A program made the position numbers and the translations under genes. A DNA stretch of 64,000 nt from Candidatus Obscuribacteraceae bacterium. GTDB lineage: Bacteria > Cyanobacteriota > Vampirovibrionia > Obscuribacterales > Obscuribacteraceae. The stretch's first letter is position 1, and each line of letters begins with the position of its first letter. The notes beneath the pieces were generated by a model. That model was not told where the DNA came from, searched no databases, and worked only from the letters and a program-made list of their open reading frames with translations. The stretch covers positions 256,001-320,000 of the forward strand of contig JBGASG010000004.1 in NCBI GenBank assembly GCA_044229845.1. Direction: 5' to 3'. Shown here piece after piece: positions 37,445 to 47,005 of the stretch.

Positions 37445-39619
37445 ATGCCCGAAGACCATACAGTGCAGCGCGACGAACAGCTCCAGTCACCGACCCAACT
37501 GCGGCGGGGCACGGTGTTGGACGGTAAATATGAGATTACCGATTACCTCGGCTCCGGTGGCATGGGCGCGGTGTACAAAGCCCGGCAGACCGACTTCGAC
37601 CGGTCTGTCGCCATCAAAACTCTGCATGCTCGGTTCACTTCTGATGTATCAGCCGTTAAGCGGTTTCAACGCGAAGCGCGCATCATCTCGCAATTGACGC
37701 ACAAGAACATCCTCGCCGTTTACTCATTTGGCGGACACCAGGATTTCATCTATCTGGCGATGGAGTATGTGCAGGGTACTTCGCTGGGACGTCTGCTGGC
37801 GGAGAAGGGCAAGATGACGCCGGAGCAGGCGCTCCCGATGCTCTTGCAAGTCTGCGACGGCATGGAACACGCCCACAAACACGAAGTGCTGCATCGCGAT
37901 TTGAAACCGGACAACGTGATGATCGTGACCTCTGGGCTTGCGGGTTCAGTTGTGAAGGTCGTGGACTTCGGGTTGGCAAAGTTGATGGATGGTCCCGATG
38001 GTCAGCGCCTGACGCGCACGGGCGAGGTCGTGGGAGATCCGCGCTACATGAGCCCGGAGCAGTGCGGGGGAGAAACTCTCGACGTGCGGTCAGATATCTA
38101 TTCCTTCGGTTGCTTGATGTACGAAGCATTGACTGGTAAGTGGCCGTTCGATGCCGATGATCCCGTAGCGATTCTGCATAAGCATATCGAACAAGATCCG
38201 GAACCATTCGCAAAACGGCTCGGGCTGCCGCCCGCCATTGAGGCAATAACTTTTACGGCAATGGCAAAAAATGCCAAAGACAGATACGAATCTTTTGGTG
38301 CAGTTGCGAAAGCACTACAGGATTTCGCCAGCAACCCGAATGCAAAGGTGGCTGCACCAGCAAGACGTGCCCGCGGGAAGAAACCTTCGAAGCTCGCTTT
38401 GGCAGGGATTGCCGTCGCTGTCGGTGTCGTCGCTGTCGGCGGCGCAGCCGCGCTTTTCGTAAGTCCATCGGATTGGTCGATTCTCCCGACCAAGTTGCAG
38501 TATCAAGCAGCAAGTTCACCCGGAGAAAAACTCAAAACCGGCATGCAACTAGGCGAGTACTACCTCGCGCACAACGCGCTTGACGAGGCGGCTGGCTACT
38601 TCACGGCAGTCAGAAAGCTGGCGGAGGCTGCCAATGACCGCGAAGCGAGTTTCTACAGCACCGCTGGGCTCAGTCAAGTTTTCGCCAAACAAGGGCGAGA
38701 GTCCGATGCGAGCAGTGCTGCAGTGTCATCCATCGCAACCGGACTCAATATGATCAATGCAGGGAACACAGACCGCAAGGTGTGTTACACAATCTGCACA
38801 GTGCTGCCGCTGTACAGCAGATCAGCGCCAGGCGACATGGTTGCCGCGGCTCACGAAGTCGCGAACGTTTACATAACACACAAACAACTGTCCAACGCGC
38901 GCACCGTGCTGGAGCAAGTGGCACCGATCGGAAACGGCGCCGCGAGGACATCAACGCTGATATTGCTCGGCGACCTCAGTCTGCGCATGAATGACAGAGC
39001 GAAGGCACAGCAATACTTCGGCGCGGCCGCCGCTATGGCGGAAAGTGCACAACCTAAGGCTGTGATACTGCAGATGGTCGGCGCCAGAGCTATGGCAGGC
39101 GGCGATGGGGAATTGGCAGCTGACTATTTCAAACAGGCATTGCAACTTACACCGAAAGCGATAGGTGCCCCTTTCGTTATGCTGCAACTACAGGTCGCGG
39201 ATTGCTACGCATCGACACAGAATTTGCGAGCAGCCAAACAGGCATACTCCGATGCGCTTGGGTACGCGCGCACTTTACCCAATGCGGAACCTCTGGTTAT
39301 CCGCAGCCTGCACGGGCTTGGTCAGGTGGAATACCACCTGGCGGATCACGCAGGCGCGGAAAACGCGTTCAAAGAAGAAGTAAGTGTTATCACTCACAGT
39401 CCAGCGCCAGATGTCGCTCAGCTAGCCAATGCAACATGCATGTTGGGCGACTCGCTAAGTAGGCAGAAAAAGTACTGCGAGGCGGCATCTCAATTCGAGC
39501 GGACCATGCAAATCATCACCGCCACTCCAAATCAGAACTCCTTAAATGAGCTGCTAGCTACGGCTACTGAAAAACATCGCACAAATGTCATCGATTGTGC
39601 CAACAGCAAGGGCAAGTAA
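37445..39619 (+). CDS. Hanks-type Ser/Thr kinase with TM and TPRs, paralog of 26045..28201
   Basis: LGSGGMGAVY, VAIK, HRDLKPDN, DFG and YMSPEQ motifs; kinase domain highly similar to the paralog. Confidence 0.95.
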   Translation: MPEDHTVQRDEQLQSPTQLRRGTVLDGKYEITDYLGSGGMGAVYKARQTDFDRSVAIKTLHARFTSDVSAVKRFQREARIISQLTHKNILAVYSFGGHQDFIYLAMEYVQGTSLGRLLAEKGKMTPEQALPMLLQVCDGMEHAHKHEVLHRDLKPDNVMIVTSGLAGSVVKVVDFGLAKLMDGPDGQRLTRTGEVVGDPRYMSPEQCGGETLDVRSDIYSFGCLMYEALTGKWPFDADDPVAILHKHIEQDPEPFAKRLGLPPAIEAITFTAMAKNAKDRYESFGAVAKALQDFASNPNAKVAAPARRARGKKPSKLALAGIAVAVGVVAVGGAAALFVSPSDWSILPTKLQYQAASSPGEKLKTGMQLGEYYLAHNALDEAAGYFTAVRKLAEAANDREASFYSTAGLSQVFAKQGRESDASSAAVSSIATGLNMINAGNTDRKVCYTICTVLPLYSRSAPGDMVAAAHEVANVYITHKQLSNARTVLEQVAPIGNGAARTSTLILLGDLSLRMNDRAKAQQYFGAAAAMAESAQPKAVILQMVGARAMAGGDGELAADYFKQALQLTPKAIGAPFVMLQLQVADCYASTQNLRAAKQAYSDALGYARTLPNAEPLVIRSLHGLGQVEYHLADHAGAENAFKEEVSVITHSPAPDVAQLANATCMLGDSLSRQKKYCEAASQFERTMQIITATPNQNSLNELLATATEKHRTNVIDCANSKGK

Positions 39620-39627
39620 CGGTCAGT

Positions 39628-40050
39628 TCACAGCGCTCGTTGTAAAAAGTATCTCTGATGAGAACTTGGGAAATCGTCCAGGGTTCCAAATATCGTATAA
39701 CCCAACTTCTCGTAAAACGGCAGCGCTTGAAAGCTGAAAGTGTCGAGCCATGCATGGTGGCAGCCGCGACGCCGAGCTTCATCATGAGCTGCTTCCAACA
39801 GCTTGGTTCCCCAACCAGATTTGCGGACACTTTCATCGACAGCCAAGTTTTCGATGAATAGCCAACCAAAGTACGTATGCCCCTCCAGTCCGCCGAGTAC
39901 CGTTCCCTGCGAATCCTTGAGAAGCAGTATCAGTTTCCTGAAGCTGGAGACCCCGACCTCGCTCTTGTTGTAAGCACGCAAGATAGCGAAGAACGATTCC
40001 ATCTCCTCTTTCGGAGGGGTTTCTTCGAAATGCTGTTCGAGAACTATCAC
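39628..40050 (-). CDS. GNAT family N-acetyltransferase
   Basis: LAVDESVRKSGWGTKLL and LDTFSFQALPFYEKLGY motifs. Confidence 0.93.
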   Translation of the reverse strand: MIVLEQHFEETPPKEEMESFFAILRAYNKSEVGVSSFRKLILLLKDSQGTVLGGLEGHTYFGWLFIENLAVDESVRKSGWGTKLLEAAHDEARRRGCHHAWLDTFSFQALPFYEKLGYTIFGTLDDFPSSHQRYFLQRAL

Positions 40051-41108
40051 TGCTCACGAGCGCCGCGCATGCTACGCAGCGGTGCAGTGATTTTCCAGGA
40101 TGTGCTATTCCGCATATCGCTCAACTGAGCCTCCAGCAATTCCCGCTCGCCCCGAGTGCGACACCTCAAATCATCGAACTGAGCAAGAACATCCGTCAAA
40201 TACCTCAGCGTTCGATACGCGAGTTCCTTATAGCCCTGCGCTAACATCCGAGCGTCGGCATAGACAGGCATTTCCAGAATCTGCGGGAGCGTTATGCCTT
40301 CGTCTTTGATCAAGTGATTTAGCTCCAGAGCGATGGTTTCGCACGCCCGCGCATAGATTTGCTCTGATGATTCGCCAAAGTCCTCGAGAAATCCTCGATA
40401 CTTCTTACCGAGCGCGAGAATGTCTAGCGCAAACAGCAATTGACTGAGGTTTTTCGACGTGCTGCTTTCCTCGTGCCGCCGAAAGCTGCACAGGACCTCG
40501 TCGATGTAGAAGTACTGAGCATCCATCAATATCCGAAACCAGTATTCGATATCTCCGTAGTGGAAAAACTGCGTGTCAAAACCACTCCCGGTTCGGTCTG
40601 CACGAAACATCACTGTACTCGGCTCGCCGACCCAGTTCGTCCATCGAAGCAGGTTGTACAGCACCACTTCGCGCCCCGAAATTTTCCGGCTACTCGGGAA
40701 CGGATGAAGCGTCTTCGTGACCGAGCCGTTTTTGTCTATCCATTGCTTTGCAGTGCTGATCAAAGTAACATCCGGGCTTTGCTCAAAGCGCGCGAGCATT
40801 CGCTCGAGCATTGAGGGCTCCAACTTGTCATCTTGCGCAAATGGTTTGATAAAAGCCCCTGTCGCACTCTCCAGACAGCGATTGTAATTAGCAAACAATC
40901 CCTTATTGGAATCATTGACCCAAGCGTTAATGCGGCTATCTTGCTTCGCATATCGGCTGATCACAGTCCAGCTATCGTCATCCGAACAGTCATCACCAAT
41001 CAAGAGTTCCCAATCCGGTGTGGATTGTGCCAACACGCTCTCGATTGCCTCTGGCAAGTAGCGAGAACCGTTGTAGACAGGCAGAAGCACAGACACACGG
41101 GGAGCCAC
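40047..41108 (-). CDS. GT2 glycosyltransferase, paralog of 18415..19578
   Basis: LPVYNG, GDDCSDD, FAQDD, NWVGEPSTVMFR and C-terminal STSWKITAPLR. Confidence 0.93.
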   Translation of the reverse strand: MAPRVSVLLPVYNGSRYLPEAIESVLAQSTPDWELLIGDDCSDDDSWTVISRYAKQDSRINAWVNDSNKGLFANYNRCLESATGAFIKPFAQDDKLEPSMLERMLARFEQSPDVTLISTAKQWIDKNGSVTKTLHPFPSSRKISGREVVLYNLLRWTNWVGEPSTVMFRADRTGSGFDTQFFHYGDIEYWFRILMDAQYFYIDEVLCSFRRHEESSTSKNLSQLLFALDILALGKKYRGFLEDFGESSEQIYARACETIALELNHLIKDEGITLPQILEMPVYADARMLAQGYKELAYRTLRYLTDVLAQFDDLRCRTRGERELLEAQLSDMRNSTSWKITAPLRSMRGAREQ

Positions 41109-41111
41109 GGT

Positions 41112-42644
41112 TCACCTCGTGTTTGTACTGAGAGCTAAAATCTCGTCGTCGTGCTGCTTCTGTTTCACATCGTTTTCCAACTTCGCCACGAGCTTTTGAA
41201 GGCCCGCAGGAGTTTTTCCGCGAAACACCAAGCGACAGCAGGACAACGCTGCCTTTGCAACAGAAAGCTTCGGACGCTTCTTAATCAGCCGCCACCAGTG
41301 CCAGATGCGGAAGCGGTAGGACTTCAGATACAGCAGGTCGTAAATCATGCGGTCGTACGCAAAAAGAAATGCCTTCGCGTCGAACATCGCATCGCTCGGT
41401 TCCTTCAAATAGAGCCGATGCGGGTGCCGCGCCACAAATCGTTGGCACGCGAGTTCGTATATCTCAGCCGTTTGGCGCGCGATTTCCGTGCGTTGAAACT
41501 TATCGAGAGTCCGCTGCCGCGCGGCTTTCCCCATGGCGATGCGTTCGGCATCGTTCTCCAGCAAACGCAAAATTGCATCGGCAAGTGCATCACCGTCGCG
41601 GGGCGGGACAATAATCCCCGACTCGCCGTCCGTCACATATTCACGCGTCCCGCCCGCCGAGGTGCCCACCACGGGGCGCCCGCAGGACATCGCTTCCAGG
41701 CAGGTATAAGGCGAGTTGTCGTACACCGACGGCACCACACAAATGTCGGCTGAGCGGTAGTGCGCAGGCAGTTCCTTCAATGGGATGCGAGGAATGAACA
41801 GCAAATTGCCGGCACAACCGCGGTCGGCGATTTGCTTATCCAGTTCAGCCTTGACCGACTTCTGTCCCTTGCCGTTATTGGTGTCATCGCCGATGATGAC
41901 GAAACGGACATTGGGAAACTTCGCCACCACTTTCGGCACTGCATCGATCAGATATCTGATGCCCTTGCGTTCTTCGAGGCGACCGACAAACAGCACGGTC
42001 AGCCGACCATCGGGCTTGATAGCCTTGTCCCCGTCGGGAGAAAACTCTTGCGGGTCAATCGGATTACGGATAATCCGTATTTCGTTGCGCGGATAATGCA
42101 AATCACTCGCCACGAAGTCAGCCAGATCCTCGCTCGGAGAAGTAATCGCGTCGGAGGAAACCATCGCCACCCGCTCAAGCATGGCGACAAACTGGTGATC
42201 GAAGGTCGGCGTGACGTTGTGCAGACCTTCGGCAATGAACTTGGAATGCGGTGTATAGAGCCGCACCACCAGCGGTGCCGCTTTAGTGATGGCGGGCACC
42301 AACCCCTCGGCAAGCAGTTCGGGCGTGTCGATTACATCGAAGGGACGTTCATTGTGCAGTTCGAAAAACTTTTCCCAGAGCGCCGTCGTCGTTTGCAAAA
42401 CATAACGACTGTAGGGCATACAAAAGGCAACACAGCCCAGATTTCCGGGGATATCGGTTGGGACGACCCGGTGCACCCGGATTCCGTCTTGAACGACGGT
42501 TTTCGCCGTATCCCTGGCCAGCGCTACGACTTCGACTTCATGCCCGATCTCCTTCAGCCCATTTGCCAAATGGTTGCTGAAGGTGGCAATGCCGCCGAAA
42601 CCGGTCTCTGGCGGATATTCACGCGAGATGATGCAGACGCGCAT
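41112..42644 (-). CDS. GT4 family glycosyltransferase
   Basis: SREYPPETGFGGI, FVGRLEERKG and VPSVYDNSPYTCLEAMSCG motifs. Confidence 0.94.
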   Translation of the reverse strand: MRVCIISREYPPETGFGGIATFSNHLANGLKEIGHEVEVVALARDTAKTVVQDGIRVHRVVPTDIPGNLGCVAFCMPYSRYVLQTTTALWEKFFELHNERPFDVIDTPELLAEGLVPAITKAAPLVVRLYTPHSKFIAEGLHNVTPTFDHQFVAMLERVAMVSSDAITSPSEDLADFVASDLHYPRNEIRIIRNPIDPQEFSPDGDKAIKPDGRLTVLFVGRLEERKGIRYLIDAVPKVVAKFPNVRFVIIGDDTNNGKGQKSVKAELDKQIADRGCAGNLLFIPRIPLKELPAHYRSADICVVPSVYDNSPYTCLEAMSCGRPVVGTSAGGTREYVTDGESGIIVPPRDGDALADAILRLLENDAERIAMGKAARQRTLDKFQRTEIARQTAEIYELACQRFVARHPHRLYLKEPSDAMFDAKAFLFAYDRMIYDLLYLKSYRFRIWHWWRLIKKRPKLSVAKAALSCCRLVFRGKTPAGLQKLVAKLENDVKQKQHDDEILALSTNTR

Positions 42645-42770
42645 GGGCTAGATGTTAGCACCAACCCCTTTACGTCTCATGAGATCCAGCATAACTCGAT
42701 GCGGTCAGGGAGCCCCGGCGCTTGGAAACCAAAGCCGAAGAACCGCAAATATGAGCGCTTTCCAACAGAG

Positions 42771-44330
42771 TCAACTTTGCTCCATTCGATCCAGGAGGTC
42801 TTTGGAGTCATCAACGTCGACTCCGGGCAGAGCCCCACCCCTTGTGCGACAAACAGGTAGCCACTCAGGTTGATCGACACCGAAGGGCTGTAACTTGTCG
42901 AGTTCCTTATGCGGAAGTCCTTCGACCGTGACCGCTGGTGCCAGCTCTGTGACCCGTCCGGCTCTCGTATCGACGGTGCGCAATTTCGTCGGGAATTCGT
43001 CTTTTTCGGGAGCATCCTCGAATGCGCTCTCCGGCAATAGACCGAGATCCTGCACCCACATCGCAGTGCGCGCCAGCGAAACTTTCACATGGTAGCTGCC
43101 ACCATCCGTCGCCCGCTTCAGAAGCGCGGTCATAACCCCGCTCGCAGCCAGATAGCCTGTTAGGAAATCGTTGAGATAGAAGACCGGCGAAAACGTCGGC
43201 GCGCCGCCTCGCCCTTCCGTTGCCGCAAAACCTGTAGCGACCTGCGCGTTTTGATCAAAGCCGGGGCGCGCCTTCCATGGTCCTTCGAATCCATACGCAT
43301 TCACGGACAAACATATAATCCCCGGGTGCTCTTTCGCTAGTTCCGCAGGCGAGAGCCCGAACCTTTCCGCCACGCTAGGTCTGTAGGAGCAGGCAAACAC
43401 GTCCGCCTCACTGAGCAGTCGTTTCATTTTTTGTCTGTCTTCTTCCAGAGTGAGATAGAGGTATGCCGAGCGTTTCCCCATATTCACCAGAAGATTTTGC
43501 GAAATCGTATCTCTGTGATAAGGAGAGCTGATGTGCATTACATCAGCTCCGTACTGAGCGAGACTGCGCATACTTCTAGGTCCGGCCAGCACGTGCGTGA
43601 AATCCACGACCTTGATGCCGTCGAGAGGAAAGCTACATCCCGGCTTCAATCCGTGCGGTTGCCCATCGCCGATTTTTTCAATTTCAATCACCGGCTTCGT
43701 CAGCAGCGCTTGTCCCTGCGGGTGTCGCCGCCATTCATCGGCTTCGTATGCAATGCAGGCAGGCAGACCAAGAGCCGACAGCTTCTCCTGAAGATCTTCG
43801 GCATCGTACTTCGCAATCTCTCTGCCAATCGACTCGCGATTGTTGCCGCAGTCGAAGAAGTTGAGATAGCCGCGTTCCAGTTTCGTATACGGAGGTCCGG
43901 CTTCAGTCATGATGTAGCGACCATCCGCGCAACGAAAGATGCCGTTGGTTGGCACCAGCTCTGCGCCGACCGTCAGCGCATAACCGTTGTGCCAGAGGAA
44001 GTGCGTCGAGTGCAGTGCGTGAATTGCATCATGAACGTCTATGTCGGCTACAAGATTCTCATTCGCGGTGCCTGTGCGATGTTTCCATATCGCTGCTGCT
44101 GCAATAACTTCGAGCAACAACGTGTATGCCGTCGCCTCGGACAGATGATGTGGAGACCTCAAGATCGGATCGGCACCGGTCAGGCGCGCGTCACCGTTGT
44201 AGGCGGCATCCAGCCCCAGTCCGCGCATCAAGTTGGATAGGTCCGGCAACTTCTGACTGCGGAGCGTTCTTATCACCTGGGTGACTGGTGTTGTCATTTC
44301 ATCAATCTCCTCGTCTATGCGACGCAGCAT
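42771..44330 (-). CDS. Family III CoA transferase (CaiB/BaiF), long form
   Basis: PLDGIKVVDFTHVLAGP, GADV, NMGKRS, YRP and RPGFD (catalytic Asp). Start may be 44297. Confidence 0.92.
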   Translation of the reverse strand: MLRRIDEEIDEMTTPVTQVIRTLRSQKLPDLSNLMRGLGLDAAYNGDARLTGADPILRSPHHLSEATAYTLLLEVIAAAAIWKHRTGTANENLVADIDVHDAIHALHSTHFLWHNGYALTVGAELVPTNGIFRCADGRYIMTEAGPPYTKLERGYLNFFDCGNNRESIGREIAKYDAEDLQEKLSALGLPACIAYEADEWRRHPQGQALLTKPVIEIEKIGDGQPHGLKPGCSFPLDGIKVVDFTHVLAGPRSMRSLAQYGADVMHISSPYHRDTISQNLLVNMGKRSAYLYLTLEEDRQKMKRLLSEADVFACSYRPSVAERFGLSPAELAKEHPGIICLSVNAYGFEGPWKARPGFDQNAQVATGFAATEGRGGAPTFSPVFYLNDFLTGYLAASGVMTALLKRATDGGSYHVKVSLARTAMWVQDLGLLPESAFEDAPEKDEFPTKLRTVDTRAGRVTELAPAVTVEGLPHKELDKLQPFGVDQPEWLPVCRTRGGALPGVDVDDSKDLLDRMEQS

Positions 44331-44333
44331 GCA

Positions 44334-45092
44334 TCAACGATACATGCTGCGCCAGAAAAGTTCGGTACAGATCCCAAGAACCACAATTACTATAGCCACC
44401 ACAACCCATTCCGACTTCGATAGATTTTCTCTCTTCGCCTCTCCTGCTGCACTAACCATGCGCAACGCCTGAAAGGACAACAGCATTCCGCAAGTCTGAA
44501 AAATCCGAAGCGCGAAGGAAAACGTGACGGGCGAGACTGCGGACTCATGAGCCGTCGAAAGTACGAGAATGTTGGACAGAAGGGACAATCCAAGCGGCAC
44601 AACAAATGGCGCAGTCAAGCCAGTCCAGACCGTCGTCACAAAGAGGGACCGCTTCCCGTTACGATCAAACAACCCGCGGGCCAACCAACAAGAAGCGGGC
44701 AAACCGCCAATCAGCGGACAGAGCAGCGCAGATAGAAGCAGCATTGCGCGGGGGTGCACGCCCATTCCGTTATTCTTAAGTTCACTTAGCTCGAGCAAAC
44801 AATACGACACGGCTAGTCCACTCAGAAAGATTGTCACAAGCGCCAAGTTATCCGTGGTGCCGATCGCGTGCTCCGAGTGATTCTTCAGGGCTCTCGCAAC
44901 GCGACGACACCAATACAGCCACGGAAGGGAACAGGCTAGTTGGGCAAGTATGTACAAGCGGACGCCATTTGGAATAGCTGCGAAGGAGTGCAATCCAAGC
45001 GCGCCTACAATGAGTGGAACCAGACACAAAAACTGGTCCCAAGGCACCCGATGGATGTGCTTCCTATTTGCGAGTCTCTGGCTTTCTGACAC
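44334..45092 (-). CDS. Hypothetical integral membrane protein (candidate immunity or partner protein)
   Basis: About 7 hydrophobic segments; its start overlaps the end of the upstream effector-like gene. Confidence 0.6.
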   Translation of the reverse strand: MSESQRLANRKHIHRVPWDQFLCLVPLIVGALGLHSFAAIPNGVRLYILAQLACSLPWLYWCRRVARALKNHSEHAIGTTDNLALVTIFLSGLAVSYCLLELSELKNNGMGVHPRAMLLLSALLCPLIGGLPASCWLARGLFDRNGKRSLFVTTVWTGLTAPFVVPLGLSLLSNILVLSTAHESAVSPVTFSFALRIFQTCGMLLSFQALRMVSAAGEAKRENLSKSEWVVVAIVIVVLGICTELFWRSMYR

Positions 45093-46129
45093 CCGACCTC
45101 GCCATTTCCTCGACCTTTGACCACTCTTCTTTTGTGATCGGTTGTTTCATCGTATAGATTACTTCGCCACCACCGGGAGCGATTAGCTGATAGCCTGTCG
45201 GAAGATACTCAGGGCTGCCATCGCGCTGTTTGACGGAGTGAAACACCTGCCCATTTTCTCTCGCAACTTTGTCTGGTGCTGCCAAAACGTACATCCCTGT
45301 CTTGTCAGCCATCATCGCGGCCAGACTCTTCCCTCCTTCTGGAACCGCTCCGCCGTCACACACAACTAATATCATCAACGGAGGTGCGTCGGGATGACTC
45401 TCCCGATGGGCTTTCAACGAAATATCGATTTTCTTCATAGCTTCATCTGGAGAGATTTTCGCTCCTGCCCACCACGGGATGCCACCAAACTCTTTTCAGA
45501 ATCGCACCAGGAGTGCCATGTGCAGAGACGGCAAAGATTTCGGGCGGAGCGGTAGTCTTCGGAAGTCCCATATGCAGGTCCAGCGGACCAATTGCAATGC
45601 CAATATCTCCTGCGAAATCGCAATCGGCGTTACGGACTGATCCCTCCGGCGGTCCAATCTCCACGGCTGGGTGCTTGATGCGTTCACTTGCCTCATCCTT
45701 GTTCTGAACCTCGCCAGGCAACATGAGGGTAGAAAAACGCTTCGAAACCGCAGACTGAGCCGATTCGAGCAGTCCGCTCGCCTTTCTCACAATGTAGTCA
45801 ATCGAAAAGATGGCCCTAATTTCGGCCTCTTGCTCTGGCGTTTCAGCCACCGAAAGTGCGTTTTTCAACCCTTCCATGAAAGAGTGTCGAGGCACATGGC
45901 TCTCACCACTAGCTCTATATTCTTTGCCGGCGGCCTTGTCTTCCAAAACAAATTCGGCACCTGAGCGCGCAGCGGACAGCGCCTGATCGCCAACACCCGA
46001 GAACGTCTTAAACTTGGGCTCATATCCGGCCGCCTGCTGCTCCTCCGATATGTTCTCCTCTGCGGCTTTACAGCCTGATGTCCCGTCGGGTTTCTCCGAG
46101 TTCTTATGAAAGTTTCTCTCTAGCGACAT
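45064..46129 (-). pseudogene. Frameshifted putative polymorphic effector: conserved N-terminal domain plus a His/Cys (caspase/C80-like) peptidase-like C-terminus
   Basis: ORF from ATG 46129 ends at 45443 just after VSAHG. The next frame is open from about 45496 through ILVVCDGG...LAAMMADKTGMYVLAAP to 45064. Confidence 0.65.
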
Positions 46130-46295
46130 TCCAACACGCTCAATACCAGTCAATAGAGATGTTCCCAGTTTCAGTTGGAGCAAAAACTGAGAATCCAACA
46201 CACGTGACGCGGAATGTCCTCTGATTCTTGACCCCAGAGCTGTTTCGCGATAACATAGCCATATAGATAGCCATCTGCAGAACTCAGCAAAATCG

Positions 46296-46577
46296 ATGTC
46301 CAAACGATACTCTATAGCCGAGGCGCGAGATAATCTTGCAGCCATCCTTTACGAACTCGAACACGAAAAGAGCGTCGAGATCACTAGGCGAGGGCAGCCT
46401 GTTGCAGTTTTGGTATCGAAGGCGGCCTATGATCGAATGAATTCCCCGGGTCAAGGTTTCTGGAACGCATACGAAGCCTTCAAACGAAGGGTGAATCTTA
46501 GTGAACTAAACATCGATCCCGACGAGGTTTGGGGTAATGTACGCGACCAGTCACAGGGGCGCAGAATCGACCTTTGA
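46296..46577 (+). CDS. Phd/YefM family antitoxin
   Basis: YSIAEARDNL...VEITRRGQPVAVLVS; overlaps the toxin start. Confidence 0.92.
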   Translation: MSKRYSIAEARDNLAAILYELEHEKSVEITRRGQPVAVLVSKAAYDRMNSPGQGFWNAYEAFKRRVNLSELNIDPDEVWGNVRDQSQGRRIDL

Positions 46578-46981
46578 ACAGATTTCTGCTCGATACGAAT
46601 GTCGTTTCAGAGCCGCTCAGACCGAAGCCGAACCGCATTCTAATTGCCCGTCTGAGAGAGCACGAAACGGAATTAGCGCTACCCTCGATCGTCTGGCATG
46701 AACTCCTATTTGGCTGCGCCTCTCTGCCCGTCGGTGTGAAACGCACTGCTATAGAAGATTATCTGAATTCGATACCCTGGATCATTTTGCCTTATGATTC
46801 CGAGGCCGCAGAATGGCACGCACAAGAGCGCGCGCGTCTTCAGCGGCTCGGAAAGACGCCCACCTTCCCTGATGGGCAGATAGCCGCTATTGCGGTCACT
46901 CAAAAGCTCACGCTAGTCACACTCAACCGCCGCGATTTCCAGAACTTCAAAGGAGTGAATCTTGCCGACTGGACTCGCTAG
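46574..46981 (+). CDS. vapC: VapC/PIN domain toxin
   Basis: LLDTNVVSE, EL.FG, DGQIAAIA and LVTLN.RDF motifs. Confidence 0.93.
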   Translation: MNRFLLDTNVVSEPLRPKPNRILIARLREHETELALPSIVWHELLFGCASLPVGVKRTAIEDYLNSIPWIILPYDSEAAEWHAQERARLQRLGKTPTFPDGQIAAIAVTQKLTLVTLNRRDFQNFKGVNLADWTR

Positions 46982-47005
46982 CTTATCGGAGTTCGCCACT
47001 GAAAC

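Noticed and set aside
46130..46345. N-terminal extension of the 45443..46345 ORF
   Set aside because: It overlaps the antitoxin start and promoter region; comparison with the paralog supports ATG 46129.
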